Of a stretch of 64,000 bases of DNA, positions 28,207-38,258 are shown in pieces. Both the position numbers and the translations under genes were made by a program. The DNA lies in assembly GCA_038222225.1 (NCBI GenBank), contig JBBRHV010000007.1, positions 27 to 64,026 of the forward strand, read 5' to 3'. Position 1 is the first letter of the stretch; each line of letters starts with the position of its first letter. The notes beneath the pieces are model-generated. The model made no database searches. It worked only from the letters and a program-made list of their open reading frames with translations, and was not told the origin of the DNA. This DNA comes from Candidatus Omnitrophota bacterium. Its GTDB lineage: Bacteria; Omnitrophota; Gorgyraeia; Zapsychrales; JANLHA01.

Positions 28207-29223
28207 TTATTCCTCGTATACCCCAAACGCGCAGACCCGATTGCGGCCGAGCTTTTTGGCCCGGTACAATGCCCAGTCGGATTTATCGATCAATTCAGCC
28301 ATTTTCCTGCCGTCATTGGGAAATGCAGTTGAGCCAACGCTTACGGTCACATGAATATCCTTGTCATAGGCATGAATCATACGGACCTCAACCGCAGCTC
28401 GCACACGTTCGGCAACATAATGAGCCCCTTCACGGTTGGTGTCCGGTAAAATCACCGAAAATTCCTCCCCGCCGAAACGCCCCACAATATCGATTTCGCG
28501 CACGGTTTCCTTAATGACCTTCGCCACCTCTCTCAACACATGGTCCCCGGCCAAATGCCCATAATTGTCGTTGATACCTTTAAAATGATCAATATCCAGC
28601 ATTAAAAACGCCAGATTGACATTCTTGGCCTTGGCGCGGTTCATTTCCTCGGCAAACCGGTCCATCAAATAACGCCGGGTAAACACTTGTGTTAAGCCGT
28701 CGGTGATCGCGAGCCGTTCGATTTCCTTGTACAAATGAATGCGTCGAAGGGCAAGGGCGAACTGATTGGTCAAGATCTCAATCGTATCTTTCTCCTCCTC
28801 CCGTCCTCCCTTAATGGCCAAATATCCCAGAAGCTCCTTCTTCCCCTTAACCGGAAAAATAAAATGATCCGAGGCCTTCTTCAGGGCGGCCAATTCATTG
28901 GATAACGGGCTCAGCAGAAGACAATACTCATATTGGGCCTGATCACGCAGCCGCTGCTGAAAAATTTGAAAGGCCTCATCATCATCAGATGTTTTTGTGA
29001 TCTCTTTGGTGATGTCATAAAGCGTATAGACTCTGCTGACCTTGTCCTCCAGTTCCTGCCTTTCTTTCAGAATACTGTCTTCCTGCAGGATATATTTCTG
29101 AAAATGCTCCTTGGCTTTTAAAACCTCCAGTTCGGAGTCTTCCCGGCGGAGAATGACATAGTAGCCCATCGCAACGGCTGTTGCCACGCAGTACAGCAAA
29201 AGTAAAATACCGGCCACGATCAT
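28207..29223 (-). CDS. Membrane-anchored coiled-coil GGDEF diguanylate cyclase (GGEEF active site, RxxD I-site present).
   Basis: The motif REIDIVGRFGGEEF is present. The N-terminus is hydrophobic. Confidence 0.85.
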   Translation of the reverse strand: MIVAGILLLLYCVATAVAMGYYVILRREDSELEVLKAKEHFQKYILQEDSILKERQELEDKVSRVYTLYDITKEITKTSDDDEAFQIFQQRLRDQAQYEYCLLLSPLSNELAALKKASDHFIFPVKGKKELLGYLAIKGGREEEKDTIEILTNQFALALRRIHLYKEIERLAITDGLTQVFTRRYLMDRFAEEMNRAKAKNVNLAFLMLDIDHFKGINDNYGHLAGDHVLREVAKVIKETVREIDIVGRFGGEEFSVILPDTNREGAHYVAERVRAAVEVRMIHAYDKDIHVTVSVGSTAFPNDGRKMAELIDKSDWALYRAKKLGRNRVCAFGVYEE

Positions 29224-29241
29224 AACGCTCCCTTTTCCCCT

Positions 29242-30537
29242 TTAAGAAGCACAGACACGGTTACGCCCTTCCTGTTTGGCCCGATACAAAGCCCGATCAG
29301 CCGCCTCAATGAGCTGCTCCCGCAAAATTCCATCTTGAGGCAAGGAGGCGACGCCGATCGAAACAGTGATCTGCGCCATTTGCCGACGGAGATAAAATGT
29401 CTGTTCCGCCGCTTTCTCCCGGAACTTTTCCGCCAACTGCGCCGCTCGCTCCTTGGAACAGTCCGGCAAAAATATGGCAAACTCCTCCCCGCCGTAACGG
29501 CAAATCAGACTGCCCGGGATATTGAACATCTCCATCAACAGCAGGCTGACGCTTTTTAAAACGATATCTCCGGCCATATGCCCGAACTGATCATTGTGTT
29601 TTTTAAAATAATCCAGATCCACCATGATAAAGGACAACTCTTTCTTCTGCCGGATCTCACGGTTGATTTCATAAGCCAGCCGCTGCAGAAAGTGACGGCG
29701 CAAATACAGTTCCGTTAAACTGTCGCGAATGGCAAGTTCTTCGATTTTTTCATAAAGCTGCGCGTTCTCAATGGCGACCGCTCCCAGATCACCGACCGTC
29801 GACAAGAGGCGGATATTTTCTGTCTGGAAATAATTTTCAACCGGGGTGTCAATGCGGAGAATGCCGATCGCCTTATTGCCGATCATCATCGGAACGCTCA
29901 TCAGCGAACAGATCGCCCGATCATCTTCCACTTTGATTTTTTCCGCATCAAAACGGAAATCACACGCAATATCCTCGATCAATAACGGCTGCATGTTCTT
30001 GGCGACCCACTGATCGTAGACATCCCCCTTTTTGGCTTTTATGTTCACTTCGATCTGCCCCCTATGAGAGGCAGAAATCCCCAGCTCGCCGGTCTTCGAG
30101 TGAAAAATATAGAGAATGACGGTCAAATCTTTATGCCCGAAAAGCTTGCTGACTTCGGTCGATAAAATATGGGAGGTTTCGGAGAGAGAAAAACTTTGAT
30201 TTAATTTCTCAGCAAGCGTCTTAAGTTCAAAATAATCGACGAGCTTTTTTCGCGCGGATTTCAGCGCGATCCATTGCCGCTCGATCTGGGACTCCAGCAG
30301 ATTGGCTTTCTCTTGAAAATCCTGACGCTTGAGTTCGGTTTCGGCGCGCAGCCAGACTAGACGGAAATGCAGATAAACAAAAACAATCAATAAAAATAAG
30401 CACGCCAAACATAAGGGAAGAAGAAAAGAAGGCTCTGAGAAACGGACATAAAAACAAAACCCGGCTAAGGGAAGACTCAAAACAAATCCCAAAGCCCGCC
30501 GGGAATTAAATAATTGTCTGGTCTGTATCTTTATCAA
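29242..30537 (-). CDS. Membrane-anchored GAF-GGDEF diguanylate cyclase (GGEEF; no I-site).
   Basis: A GAF-like segment (GILRIDTPVENYF...AVAIENAQLYE) is present, and the motif RYGGEEF. It overlaps the next gene by 32 nt. Confidence 0.8.
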   Translation of the reverse strand: MIKIQTRQLFNSRRALGFVLSLPLAGFCFYVRFSEPSFLLPLCLACLFLLIVFVYLHFRLVWLRAETELKRQDFQEKANLLESQIERQWIALKSARKKLVDYFELKTLAEKLNQSFSLSETSHILSTEVSKLFGHKDLTVILYIFHSKTGELGISASHRGQIEVNIKAKKGDVYDQWVAKNMQPLLIEDIACDFRFDAEKIKVEDDRAICSLMSVPMMIGNKAIGILRIDTPVENYFQTENIRLLSTVGDLGAVAIENAQLYEKIEELAIRDSLTELYLRRHFLQRLAYEINREIRQKKELSFIMVDLDYFKKHNDQFGHMAGDIVLKSVSLLLMEMFNIPGSLICRYGGEEFAIFLPDCSKERAAQLAEKFREKAAEQTFYLRRQMAQITVSIGVASLPQDGILREQLIEAADRALYRAKQEGRNRVCAS

Positions 30538-31612
30538 AGAAATGCACCTTATTCATGTCGAATACCATATCCATATCCCGATTGATATCCGGACGATTAT
30601 GCGCTCCGACACGAGCAATAAAAGTGTTTTTCCCCGAGTTTAAGTATAAGTATACCTCGGCACCCATCGGTTCAACAACTTCACAGATCGCTTTAACCGT
30701 ATTATCCGGTGATGCCTCAGATGTAAACAGCTTGTCATAGACATCTTCCGCCCGGATCCCGAAGGTGACGTCTTTTCCTTCATAAGGCGCGATCTTAACA
30801 TGCATGGCTTGAACAATTTCAACCTTAAAACGCCCCTCATCAAAATAATATTTACGGTCTTTCTTGATGATCCGGCCGTCCATCAGATTGATGGGCGGCA
30901 AACCGATAAAACTGGCCACGAATTTATTGACCGGTTTATCATAAAGAGTCATCGGATCCGCGCATTGATGAAGCGTTCCGTCACGCATGACCGCAATGCG
31001 GTCCCCGAGCGTCATCGCCTCCGTCTGATCATGGGTCACATACACAAAGGTGGTCTGCAGCCGGATCCGCAATTTATGAATCTCGGTCCGCATCTGCACG
31101 CGCATTTTAGCATCGAGATTACTCAGCGGCTCATCAAGAAGAAAGGCCTGCGGTTTACGGACAATCGCCCGCCCTAACGCCACACGCTGCCTCTCCCCGC
31201 CGGAAAGCTGTTTCGGCCTTCGTTCCAAATACCGCTTGATCCCCAAGATTTCAGACGCCTCAACCACGCGCCGCTCGATTTCCTTTTTCGGGTATTTGCG
31301 CAGCTTTAAACCAAACGCCATATTCTCAAACACGGTCATGTGCGGATAAAGCGCATAATTCTGAAAGACCATCGCAATATTCCGATCTTTGACCGGAACA
31401 TCATTGATTTTTCGATCCCCGATCCAGATATCTCCCTCGGAAATTTCCTCAAGGCCAGCGATCATCCGCAATGTCGTGGACTTTCCGCAGCCGGAGGGGC
31501 CCACCAAAACCAGGAATTCTTTATTCTCAATCCCCAGATTGACACGATCCACCGCACGGACCGTACCGCCCTTGTAAAGCTTGCTCACGTTTTTTAAGCT
31601 GATCTGCGACAT
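30506..31612 (-). CDS. Sugar ABC-transporter ATPase of the MalK/UgpC/MsmX type (orphan; no permease or SBP adjacent).
   Basis: Walker A GPSGCGKST, the signature LSGGERQRV, Walker B LLDEPLSNLD and a C-terminal TOBE-like domain are present. Confidence 0.85.
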   Translation of the reverse strand: MSQISLKNVSKLYKGGTVRAVDRVNLGIENKEFLVLVGPSGCGKSTTLRMIAGLEEISEGDIWIGDRKINDVPVKDRNIAMVFQNYALYPHMTVFENMAFGLKLRKYPKKEIERRVVEASEILGIKRYLERRPKQLSGGERQRVALGRAIVRKPQAFLLDEPLSNLDAKMRVQMRTEIHKLRIRLQTTFVYVTHDQTEAMTLGDRIAVMRDGTLHQCADPMTLYDKPVNKFVASFIGLPPINLMDGRIIKKDRKYYFDEGRFKVEIVQAMHVKIAPYEGKDVTFGIRAEDVYDKLFTSEASPDNTVKAICEVVEPMGAEVYLYLNSGKNTFIARVGAHNRPDINRDMDMVFDMNKVHFFDKDTDQTII

Positions 31613-31682
31613 GACGGCTTCCCGCTTCTCTAGATTTGAAGAATGGAGTGCTTCTGAAAAAATCCTGCGCCGCGCAATGAAT

Positions 31683-32528
31683 TCATTGCGTCTTTGAATA
31701 TTCGATAATGCCGGCCAACGTCTTCTTGAGATCCTTACGCTCTACGATCATATCAATCAATCCGTGAGCCAATAAAAATTCTGAACGCTGAAACCCTGCC
31801 GGCAAACGTTGCCGGGTCGTCTGTTCAATAACCCGGGGGCCGGCAAAACCGATAAGCGCCTTCGGTTCTGCGATGATCACATCCCCCACGCCGGCGAAAG
31901 ACGCCATAACCCCACCCATCGTCGGGTTGGCCAAGACCGAAATATAAAGCCCTCCGGCCTCATGATGCCGCCGTAACGCCGCGCAGGTTTTGGCCATCTG
32001 CATCAGTGAAAACATCCCCTCATACATGCGGGCCCCGCCGCCTGAACCCGAAACAATGATCACCGGTTTTTGATGTTCAGTGGCCTTCTCAATCATGCGC
32101 GTCACACGTTCCCCCACAACAGAACCCATCGAACCCATAATGAACTGCGAATCCGTCACACCCAAATAACTTTCATATCCGCGGATCTTGCCTTTTCCCG
32201 TGATGACGGCATCTTCCAAACCGGTGTGCTTCTGATCTGCCAACAGTTTCGCCTCATAGGTTTTCGGACCTTTAAATTTGAGAGGATCTTTGGATCTCAA
32301 TTGCGTGTCGAGCTCCTCAAAAGAACCCTCATCAATTAACAGAACAATGCGTTCCCGGGCTGTCAGTGTGAAATGATATTTACAGTTCAAACAGACACTG
32401 AAATTGTCTTTGAGATTTTTGACATAAATGGGCGCTTCGCATTCCGGGCACTTGGACCAAATGCCTTCGGGAATGTTTTTCTTCTTGACCTTGACCAGCG
32501 TATATTTCTGCCGACCGAACAAAGACAT
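31683..32528 (-). CDS. accD: Acetyl-CoA carboxylase carboxyltransferase beta subunit.
   Basis: An N-terminal Zn ribbon CPECEAPIY...CLNCKYHF and a carboxyltransferase core are present. Confidence 0.9.
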   Translation of the reverse strand: MSLFGRQKYTLVKVKKKNIPEGIWSKCPECEAPIYVKNLKDNFSVCLNCKYHFTLTARERIVLLIDEGSFEELDTQLRSKDPLKFKGPKTYEAKLLADQKHTGLEDAVITGKGKIRGYESYLGVTDSQFIMGSMGSVVGERVTRMIEKATEHQKPVIIVSGSGGGARMYEGMFSLMQMAKTCAALRRHHEAGGLYISVLANPTMGGVMASFAGVGDVIIAEPKALIGFAGPRVIEQTTRQRLPAGFQRSEFLLAHGLIDMIVERKDLKKTLAGIIEYSKTQ

Positions 32529-32559
32529 GACGTCTCCTTAAAAATTCCGCCTAATAAAA

Positions 32560-32625
32560 ATTCTAATATCAAAAATCCAAACCCTGATCGTATCAACCGA
32601 ATCAGTCAGACGCTGATATTAGAAT
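32560..32625 (-). terminator. Long hairpin formed by a 12-bp inverted repeat ATTCTAATATCA (32560-32571) and TGATATTAGAAT (32614-32625), followed on the minus strand by TTTTTATT. It is a possible terminator or RNA element downstream of DUF1015.
   Basis: Exact 12/12 inverted repeats with a nested CTGAT/ATCAG pair. A U-run follows on the minus-strand transcript. Confidence 0.35.
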
Positions 32626-32630
32626 CCCTG

Positions 32631-33899
32631 TTACGAATCAAATTTATAAACTGTTAAACCGGACAACAATTTCGGATAAAAATATGTTGTCTTCGGAGGC
32701 ATTTTCTCGCCGTTGAGCGCAATATTCTTGAGCTGCTGAATACGGACCGGATTCATGACAAATCCCGCCTTTGCCTCACCGCCGTCCACCATCCGGATAA
32801 TATCGCTCATATCTTTTGTATACGTGATATCTTCGGACGGAACGCCAATCTGATCAAAAATAAACGCCTTTAAAATAGCGGCATCTAAATGCTTATACTC
32901 CGGCGATCCCTCTTTGACCATTTTATCGATCAGAATTTTGTTCTTTAAGCGCAAAAGCCACATGCCGTTCTTCATATACAAACCAAACGTATGCTCATTC
33001 TGGCCGGCCTTCGCCGCCATGACCAGAAGCTCCTCCGGCTTTTTAACGCGATCCACCCTGAAAAACTCATCTAAGAGCGCAAAATCATCCGGAAACGTCT
33101 TAACAATTCTATGCATCGGGAAAATCTGAAGGTCCTTGGAATCCATATTTGTGAAATAGGTCATCAAATAATTGTACGCTTCCTTGCCGTTCTTCTTTCC
33201 GCCCTGGGCAATACGCGTATTCCTGATTTGACGGGCAACTTCATAACGATGATGACCATCGGCAATAAACACCGGCTGGTCATGCAAAGCCCCCACAATA
33301 TGTGCGATCAAGGCCTCATCTGCCACGCGCCACATAATGTGGTGAACCCCATCCTGATCCAGGATATCCCTGAACGGAGCGGTTCTTGAGACTTCATGCG
33401 CAAAAATCTTTTCCACTTTCTTTTCTCGATCCGCAAAACACACAAAAATCGGGCTCAAACAGGCGTTCAAAGAATCCCAAAGCTTAAAACGGTCTTCCTT
33501 CGCAGCGGCGTGTGTTTTCTCATGAGGATAGACCTTGGCCCCTTCTTCATCCTGAATCCGCATCAGAGAAATAAACCCGAGACGGCTGTGACGCGTGCCC
33601 AAGACTTTATATTCCTGCCGGTAAAAATAAATGCACGGACGGTCATCCTGAATCAAAACTCCATCCTCAAGCCACTTCTGATAAATTATTTTAGACCGCG
33701 TGTAGCGATTCTCCTTTTCCGTGTCCGAGGCTTTTTGCTCGGCCAGCATGATCCTGATAAAATTCTTATCCGAAAGCTTATGATACGCCTTCTGCTGCTC
33801 CGGAGAGATCACATCATAAGGCGGACACATCACGAGGTTTAAATCATCGATCTTCTTCTCGTTGTAAAATACAGCTGAAAATGGTTTTATTTCTGTCAT
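32631..33899 (-). CDS. DUF1015 family protein.
   Basis: The N-terminus MTEIKPFSAVFYNEKK...CPPYDVIS is typical of DUF1015. Confidence 0.7.
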   Translation of the reverse strand: MTEIKPFSAVFYNEKKIDDLNLVMCPPYDVISPEQQKAYHKLSDKNFIRIMLAEQKASDTEKENRYTRSKIIYQKWLEDGVLIQDDRPCIYFYRQEYKVLGTRHSRLGFISLMRIQDEEGAKVYPHEKTHAAAKEDRFKLWDSLNACLSPIFVCFADREKKVEKIFAHEVSRTAPFRDILDQDGVHHIMWRVADEALIAHIVGALHDQPVFIADGHHRYEVARQIRNTRIAQGGKKNGKEAYNYLMTYFTNMDSKDLQIFPMHRIVKTFPDDFALLDEFFRVDRVKKPEELLVMAAKAGQNEHTFGLYMKNGMWLLRLKNKILIDKMVKEGSPEYKHLDAAILKAFIFDQIGVPSEDITYTKDMSDIIRMVDGGEAKAGFVMNPVRIQQLKNIALNGEKMPPKTTYFYPKLLSGLTVYKFDS

Positions 33900-34058
33900 A
33901 AGAGATCCCGCGGGGAGACACACCCTTTTTGTTCAAATGAACGATAAAATTATAATTATATGGCTAAAAAATAATAACAGAATACTATTATTAATAGTAA
34001 TGAATTCTTCAAAAAAACCAACCAATGCATAACTTATTTATTTCCAACACATAAGAAC

Positions 34059-34089
34059 GCCCAGGAACAAAATCTCTTTTTTCCTGGGC
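34059..34089 (-). terminator. Putative terminator hairpin after the dnaK-operon genes (CCCAGGAA ... TTCCTGGG).
   Basis: An 8-bp stem with a 13-nt loop. The downstream U content is only modest, so the call is weak. Confidence 0.3.
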
Positions 34090-34106
34090 ATGATTCAAAA
34101 AAGCTT

Positions 34107-34373
34107 TTACCCTTGGCAATTTCCCGCAACCGGGCATCCCCCGCCTGACCCGCTGGCCTGAGCAGGACATGTCTTTTGAGGACACGGCTTATTTTTGTAA
34201 TCCGTCTGATAAAACCCACTTCCCTTAAAAATCAAACCTGATCCGCTCCCGATCAAGCGGTGCAGCGTTTTCTTCTTGCAGACAGGGCATGTTATAAGCT
34301 TCGCCTCGGTCATAGACTGCATCTGCTCAAAAGCATGATCACAGCCGCTGCACTCGTATTGATATGTAGGCAT
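34107..34373 (-). CDS. FmdB-family zinc-ribbon protein with a Cys/Gly-rich tail.
   Basis: MPTYQYECSGCDHAFE...CPVCKK (CxxC-x20-CxxC) is present. Start taken at the internal Met 34373. Confidence 0.6.
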   Translation of the reverse strand: MPTYQYECSGCDHAFEQMQSMTEAKLITCPVCKKKTLHRLIGSGSGLIFKGSGFYQTDYKNKPCPQKTCPAQASGSGGGCPVAGNCQG

Positions 34374-34415
34374 CCTTCCCTCCCTGATAAATGAACGACA
34401 CAATCCGCACACTGC

Positions 34416-35570
34416 TTATTTAAAGATCTTTTTTACTCTTTCCATGGCAGACTCTTTGCCTTGTTCCACCGAAACCCCTGCCAGCCGCGCCAGCTCTTCA
34501 AGATGCTCGCGTTCCACTGCTGATAAACGTTTCGGCACTTCGATCATCACCCGAACATATTGATCCCCAAAGGCATTCCCCCGTAAAATCGGCATGCCTC
34601 TGCCTTTCAGACGAAAAACCTTCCCGCTTTGCGTGCCGGCCGGTATTTTCATTTTGACCTCACCGCTTAAAGTCGGAACCGCCATCTCTCCACCGAGAGC
34701 TGCCAGAATATAACTGATCCCCAAATCCATTTCAATATCCACATTGACTCTGCGAAAAATCGGGTGCTTTTTTAAAAGAATATACAAATACAGATCACCG
34801 GCTCCTCCGGCCCCGACCTCGCCCTCACCTCTGACGCGCATGCGGCTGTCATTATCAACCCCTGCCGGTACCGTGACCTCAATATGGCGCGTCACCTTGA
34901 CCATGCCGCGACCGACGCATTTTGGGCAATGCTCGGTCACAACCCGTCCTTGGCCGCCGCAAGCAGAACAGGTTTGCGCCATACGGAAAAACCCGCTGGA
35001 CATCACAACCTGTCCCGAACCGCCACAGGTTGAACATGTTTTGATCGTATCCTTACTCTTAGCCCCGGAACCGTTACAATCCACGCAATGTTCATAACGG
35101 GGAACCGTGATTTTTTTCGTGGCTCCGGCGAACGCCTCGTCTAATGTGACTTCCATTTCATACTGAATATCCCGTCCTTTGCGCGGCCGGGCCTGCCTTG
35201 CCCCATCGCTCGAGCCTCCTCCAAAAAAATCAAATCCACCACCGCCGCCGCCACCGCCGAAAAACTGACTGAAAATATCTCCCAGATCTCCAAAGCCGCT
35301 GAAATCAGCTCCCCTGAAAATGTCTTCAGAGGTAAAATTCCGGTCAATGCCGGCATGTCCATGCTGATCATACATCTTGCGCTTCTCAGCATCAGATAAA
35401 ACGCCATAGGCCTCAGAAATTTCCTTAAATTTTTCTTCCGCCTCCTTTTTCTGATCTTGAGGCACGCGGTCCGGATGATACTTGAGCGCTAAGGAACGGT
35501 ATTTCTTCTTAATGTCCTGCGCGCTGACATCACGGTTTAAGCCTAAAATTTCGTAGTAGTCTTTTTTCAT
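34416..35570 (-). CDS. dnaJ: Chaperone DnaJ.
   Basis: J-domain with HPD (YHPDR), a G/F region, and four CxxCxGxG zinc motifs. Confidence 0.95.
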   Translation of the reverse strand: MKKDYYEILGLNRDVSAQDIKKKYRSLALKYHPDRVPQDQKKEAEEKFKEISEAYGVLSDAEKRKMYDQHGHAGIDRNFTSEDIFRGADFSGFGDLGDIFSQFFGGGGGGGGFDFFGGGSSDGARQARPRKGRDIQYEMEVTLDEAFAGATKKITVPRYEHCVDCNGSGAKSKDTIKTCSTCGGSGQVVMSSGFFRMAQTCSACGGQGRVVTEHCPKCVGRGMVKVTRHIEVTVPAGVDNDSRMRVRGEGEVGAGGAGDLYLYILLKKHPIFRRVNVDIEMDLGISYILAALGGEMAVPTLSGEVKMKIPAGTQSGKVFRLKGRGMPILRGNAFGDQYVRVMIEVPKRLSAVEREHLEELARLAGVSVEQGKESAMERVKKIFK

Positions 35571-35630
35571 GTATTTTTTAAAGGCACTGGGACACTAGTT
35601 GATTTTTAGTGTCATCGTGCCGTAGTGTCT

Positions 35631-37547
35631 TTATTCACTTTTAAAATCCGCGTCAATGACATCATCTTTATTGTCATTACCGCCGGATTGTTTTTGAGAA
35701 TCTCCCGCAGCTCCCGCTTCAGGCTGAGGCTGAGCATCTGCTCCCTGCCCCTGCGCCGCCTGCTGTGAGGCTGTCGCCTTATAAACCTCTTCAGCCAACT
35801 TATGGCTTGCCTTCTGAAGCGACTCCATGCCCGTTTTGATGGCTGCGTTGTCTTTCTTCTCGATCGCTTCTTTGAGAGTCTTAACTTCCTTCTCAATGTT
35901 TTCCTTCTCTGAAGCGGAAACTTTATCTCCGTAATCTTTTAACGATTTCTCAGTCGCATACACAATCGTGTTGGCTTGATTGAGAATTTCGGCGTCTTCC
36001 TTACGTTTTTTATCTTCCTCGGCATACTGCTCAGATTCTTTGACCATTTTATTGATCTCTTCTTCTGACAGTTTATGCGGCGAGGTGATCTTAATGCTCT
36101 GCTCCTTGCCGGTTCCCTTATCTTTAGCTGAAACATGAACGATCCCGTCCGTGTCGATATCAAAAGACACTTCGATCTGCGGAACACCCCGCGGTGCTGG
36201 CGGAATCCCCACCAGATCAAAACGTCCCAATTCCGTATTATCATTAGCCATTTGGCGTTCGCCCTGAAGCGCCCGAATCGTCACCGCCGGCTGATTGTCC
36301 TCGGCTGTCGAGAAGATCTGACTTCTTTTCGCGGGGATCGTTGTATTGCGCTCAATAAGTTTTGTAAAGATCCCACCCATGGTTTCAATCCCCAAAGACA
36401 ACGGCGTCACATCCAGCAGCAGAACTTCTTTTGCTTCGCCTTTAATAATGCCGCTCTGAATCGCGGCGCCCAATGCCACGCACTCCATCGGATCGATCCC
36501 ACCCTCAATCGTTTGGCCGACTTCGCGCTCAACAAACGCCTGAACGCAAGGCATGCGTGTCGGACCTCCAACCATGATCACCCGGTCCACTTTGATCTGC
36601 TCGCCAATTTTATCAGAAGAATCCTTAAGCGCACGAATGATCGGCTGACGGCAGCGATCCACGATCGGACCGACCAAAGACTCCAGTTTCGAGCGCTCAA
36701 TGGTCATGGCCAAATGTTTTGGGCCGCTGGCATCCGCTGTAATAAAGGGGAGATTGACCTCTGTTGAGATCGTGCTTGAAAGCTCCACCTTGGCCTTCTC
36801 CGCAGCTTCCCGCAGACGCTGAAACGCCATCTTGTCGTTCTTCAGATCAATGCCGCTTGTTTTTTTGAACTCTTCACAAATATGATTGATCAGCACATTG
36901 TCCATATCTGTCCCACCGAGTTCATTGTCGCCGCTTGTCGATAAAACTTCAAACGTGGCTGCTTTATGTCCTTCATCCCATCCCATTTCCATGATCGTAA
37001 CATCCAGCGTTCCGCCGCCGAAATCAAAAACCATGATCTTCTGGTCTTTGCCGGCCTTGTCCAAACCATAAGCCAAACAAGCCGCTGTCGGCTCATTAAT
37101 AATCCGCAGCACTTTAAGCCCGGCAATCTCCCCGGCATCCCGGGTCGCCTGCCGCTGATTATCATTGAAATAGGCAGGAACCGTGATAACGGCCTCATCC
37201 ACGGTTTCTCCCAAATACTTTTCCGCGTCCGCTTTGATCTTTTGCAGAATGAACGAGCTCACCTGCTGCGGAGTAAATTCCTTATCAAAAACTTTAAATT
37301 TATAATCTGTTCCCATTTTCCGCTTTGCTGCATAGATGGTCCCTTCAGAGTTAATGGGAGCCTGCCGGCGAGCCGGTTCTCCGACTAAACGCTGACCATC
37401 TTTGGTAAATGCCACAAAAGACGGGAACGCCTTTCCCGAAGCCACACCAGCCCCTTCAGCGGAAGGCAAAATAACCGCGCGTCCGCCTTCCATCGCTGCA
37501 GCGGCAGAGTTTGATGTTCCTAAATCAATTCCAATTGCTTTTGCCAT
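35631..37547 (-). CDS. dnaK: Chaperone DnaK (Hsp70), lacking the roughly 23-aa Gram-negative-type insert.
   Basis: [18 protein letters not shown]-like and the rest of the Hsp70 signatures are present. The insert region reads [28 protein letters not shown], which is the short form seen in B. subtilis. Confidence 0.95.
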   Translation of the reverse strand: MAKAIGIDLGTSNSAAAAMEGGRAVILPSAEGAGVASGKAFPSFVAFTKDGQRLVGEPARRQAPINSEGTIYAAKRKMGTDYKFKVFDKEFTPQQVSSFILQKIKADAEKYLGETVDEAVITVPAYFNDNQRQATRDAGEIAGLKVLRIINEPTAACLAYGLDKAGKDQKIMVFDFGGGTLDVTIMEMGWDEGHKAATFEVLSTSGDNELGGTDMDNVLINHICEEFKKTSGIDLKNDKMAFQRLREAAEKAKVELSSTISTEVNLPFITADASGPKHLAMTIERSKLESLVGPIVDRCRQPIIRALKDSSDKIGEQIKVDRVIMVGGPTRMPCVQAFVEREVGQTIEGGIDPMECVALGAAIQSGIIKGEAKEVLLLDVTPLSLGIETMGGIFTKLIERNTTIPAKRSQIFSTAEDNQPAVTIRALQGERQMANDNTELGRFDLVGIPPAPRGVPQIEVSFDIDTDGIVHVSAKDKGTGKEQSIKITSPHKLSEEEINKMVKESEQYAEEDKKRKEDAEILNQANTIVYATEKSLKDYGDKVSASEKENIEKEVKTLKEAIEKKDNAAIKTGMESLQKASHKLAEEVYKATASQQAAQGQGADAQPQPEAGAAGDSQKQSGGNDNKDDVIDADFKSE

Positions 37548-37598
37548 GATTCTCCTCCTAGCTAAAAACTTTTTACAACGTTACCTTTGAATTAAAAT

Positions 37599-38258
37599 TT
37601 ATTCCTGAACCGAGCCTTCTTCCGGCTCAACTGAATTTTGATCAAGCTCCGCGCTGTTTCCTGATTCATCCGGAGAAACATTCACGACAACGCCCACTTT
37701 AGCCGTCCGCAGAACTCTGTCTCCGATCCGATAGCCTTTTTGCAGCTCCTGAATCACCATTCCATTTTCCTGCTCTTGACTGGGAGTCTGCATCAAAATC
37801 TCATGCATATGCGGATCAAACATCTTTCCGACTGCTTCAATCGGTTCAGCGCCCTGTTTTTTGAGCAGCGCATAGACCCTTTTCATCACCATCTCTACGC
37901 CGTGAATAAAGGAATCATAGTCCTGATGTTTCGCGCGGGCCGTTTCAACGGAACGCTCCAGGTCGTCAAGAACATACAAAAATTCGCTGATCAAACCTTC
38001 ATTGGCATACTTGACGAATTCCATTCTGTCCCGCTCATTGCGTTTGCGGACATTCTCAAACTCTGCCAAAATTCTCAAGTATTTATCTTTGCTGTCCTTT
38101 GCCTGCTCCTGAAGGGCTTGATACTCAGACAGCCTCACTTCGATGGTTGTATCCGGTTCTGACGCCGCAGACTCTACCGGCGCCTTTTCCTCACCACAGC
38201 AGCAAGGATCATTCTTCTGCCCTTTACAATGTTCTTTCTTGCTCATAAACGACCTCAT
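37599..38258 (-). CDS. grpE: Nucleotide exchange factor GrpE.
   Basis: The GrpE C-terminal motif GYRIGDRVLRTAKVGV is present. Confidence 0.9.
   Translation of the reverse strand: MRSFMSKKEHCKGQKNDPCCCGEEKAPVESAASEPDTTIEVRLSEYQALQEQAKDSKDKYLRILAEFENVRKRNERDRMEFVKYANEGLISEFLYVLDDLERSVETARAKHQDYDSFIHGVEMVMKRVYALLKKQGAEPIEAVGKMFDPHMHEILMQTPSQEQENGMVIQELQKGYRIGDRVLRTAKVGVVVNVSPDESGNSAELDQNSVEPEEGSVQE

Noticed and set aside
28015-28514. Plus-strand ORFs 28015-28332, 28076-28354 and 28101-28514 encoding Phe/Leu-rich peptides.
   Set aside because: They are translations of a T-rich intergenic tract that run into the antisense of the GGDEF gene. They have no RBS and no conserved features.
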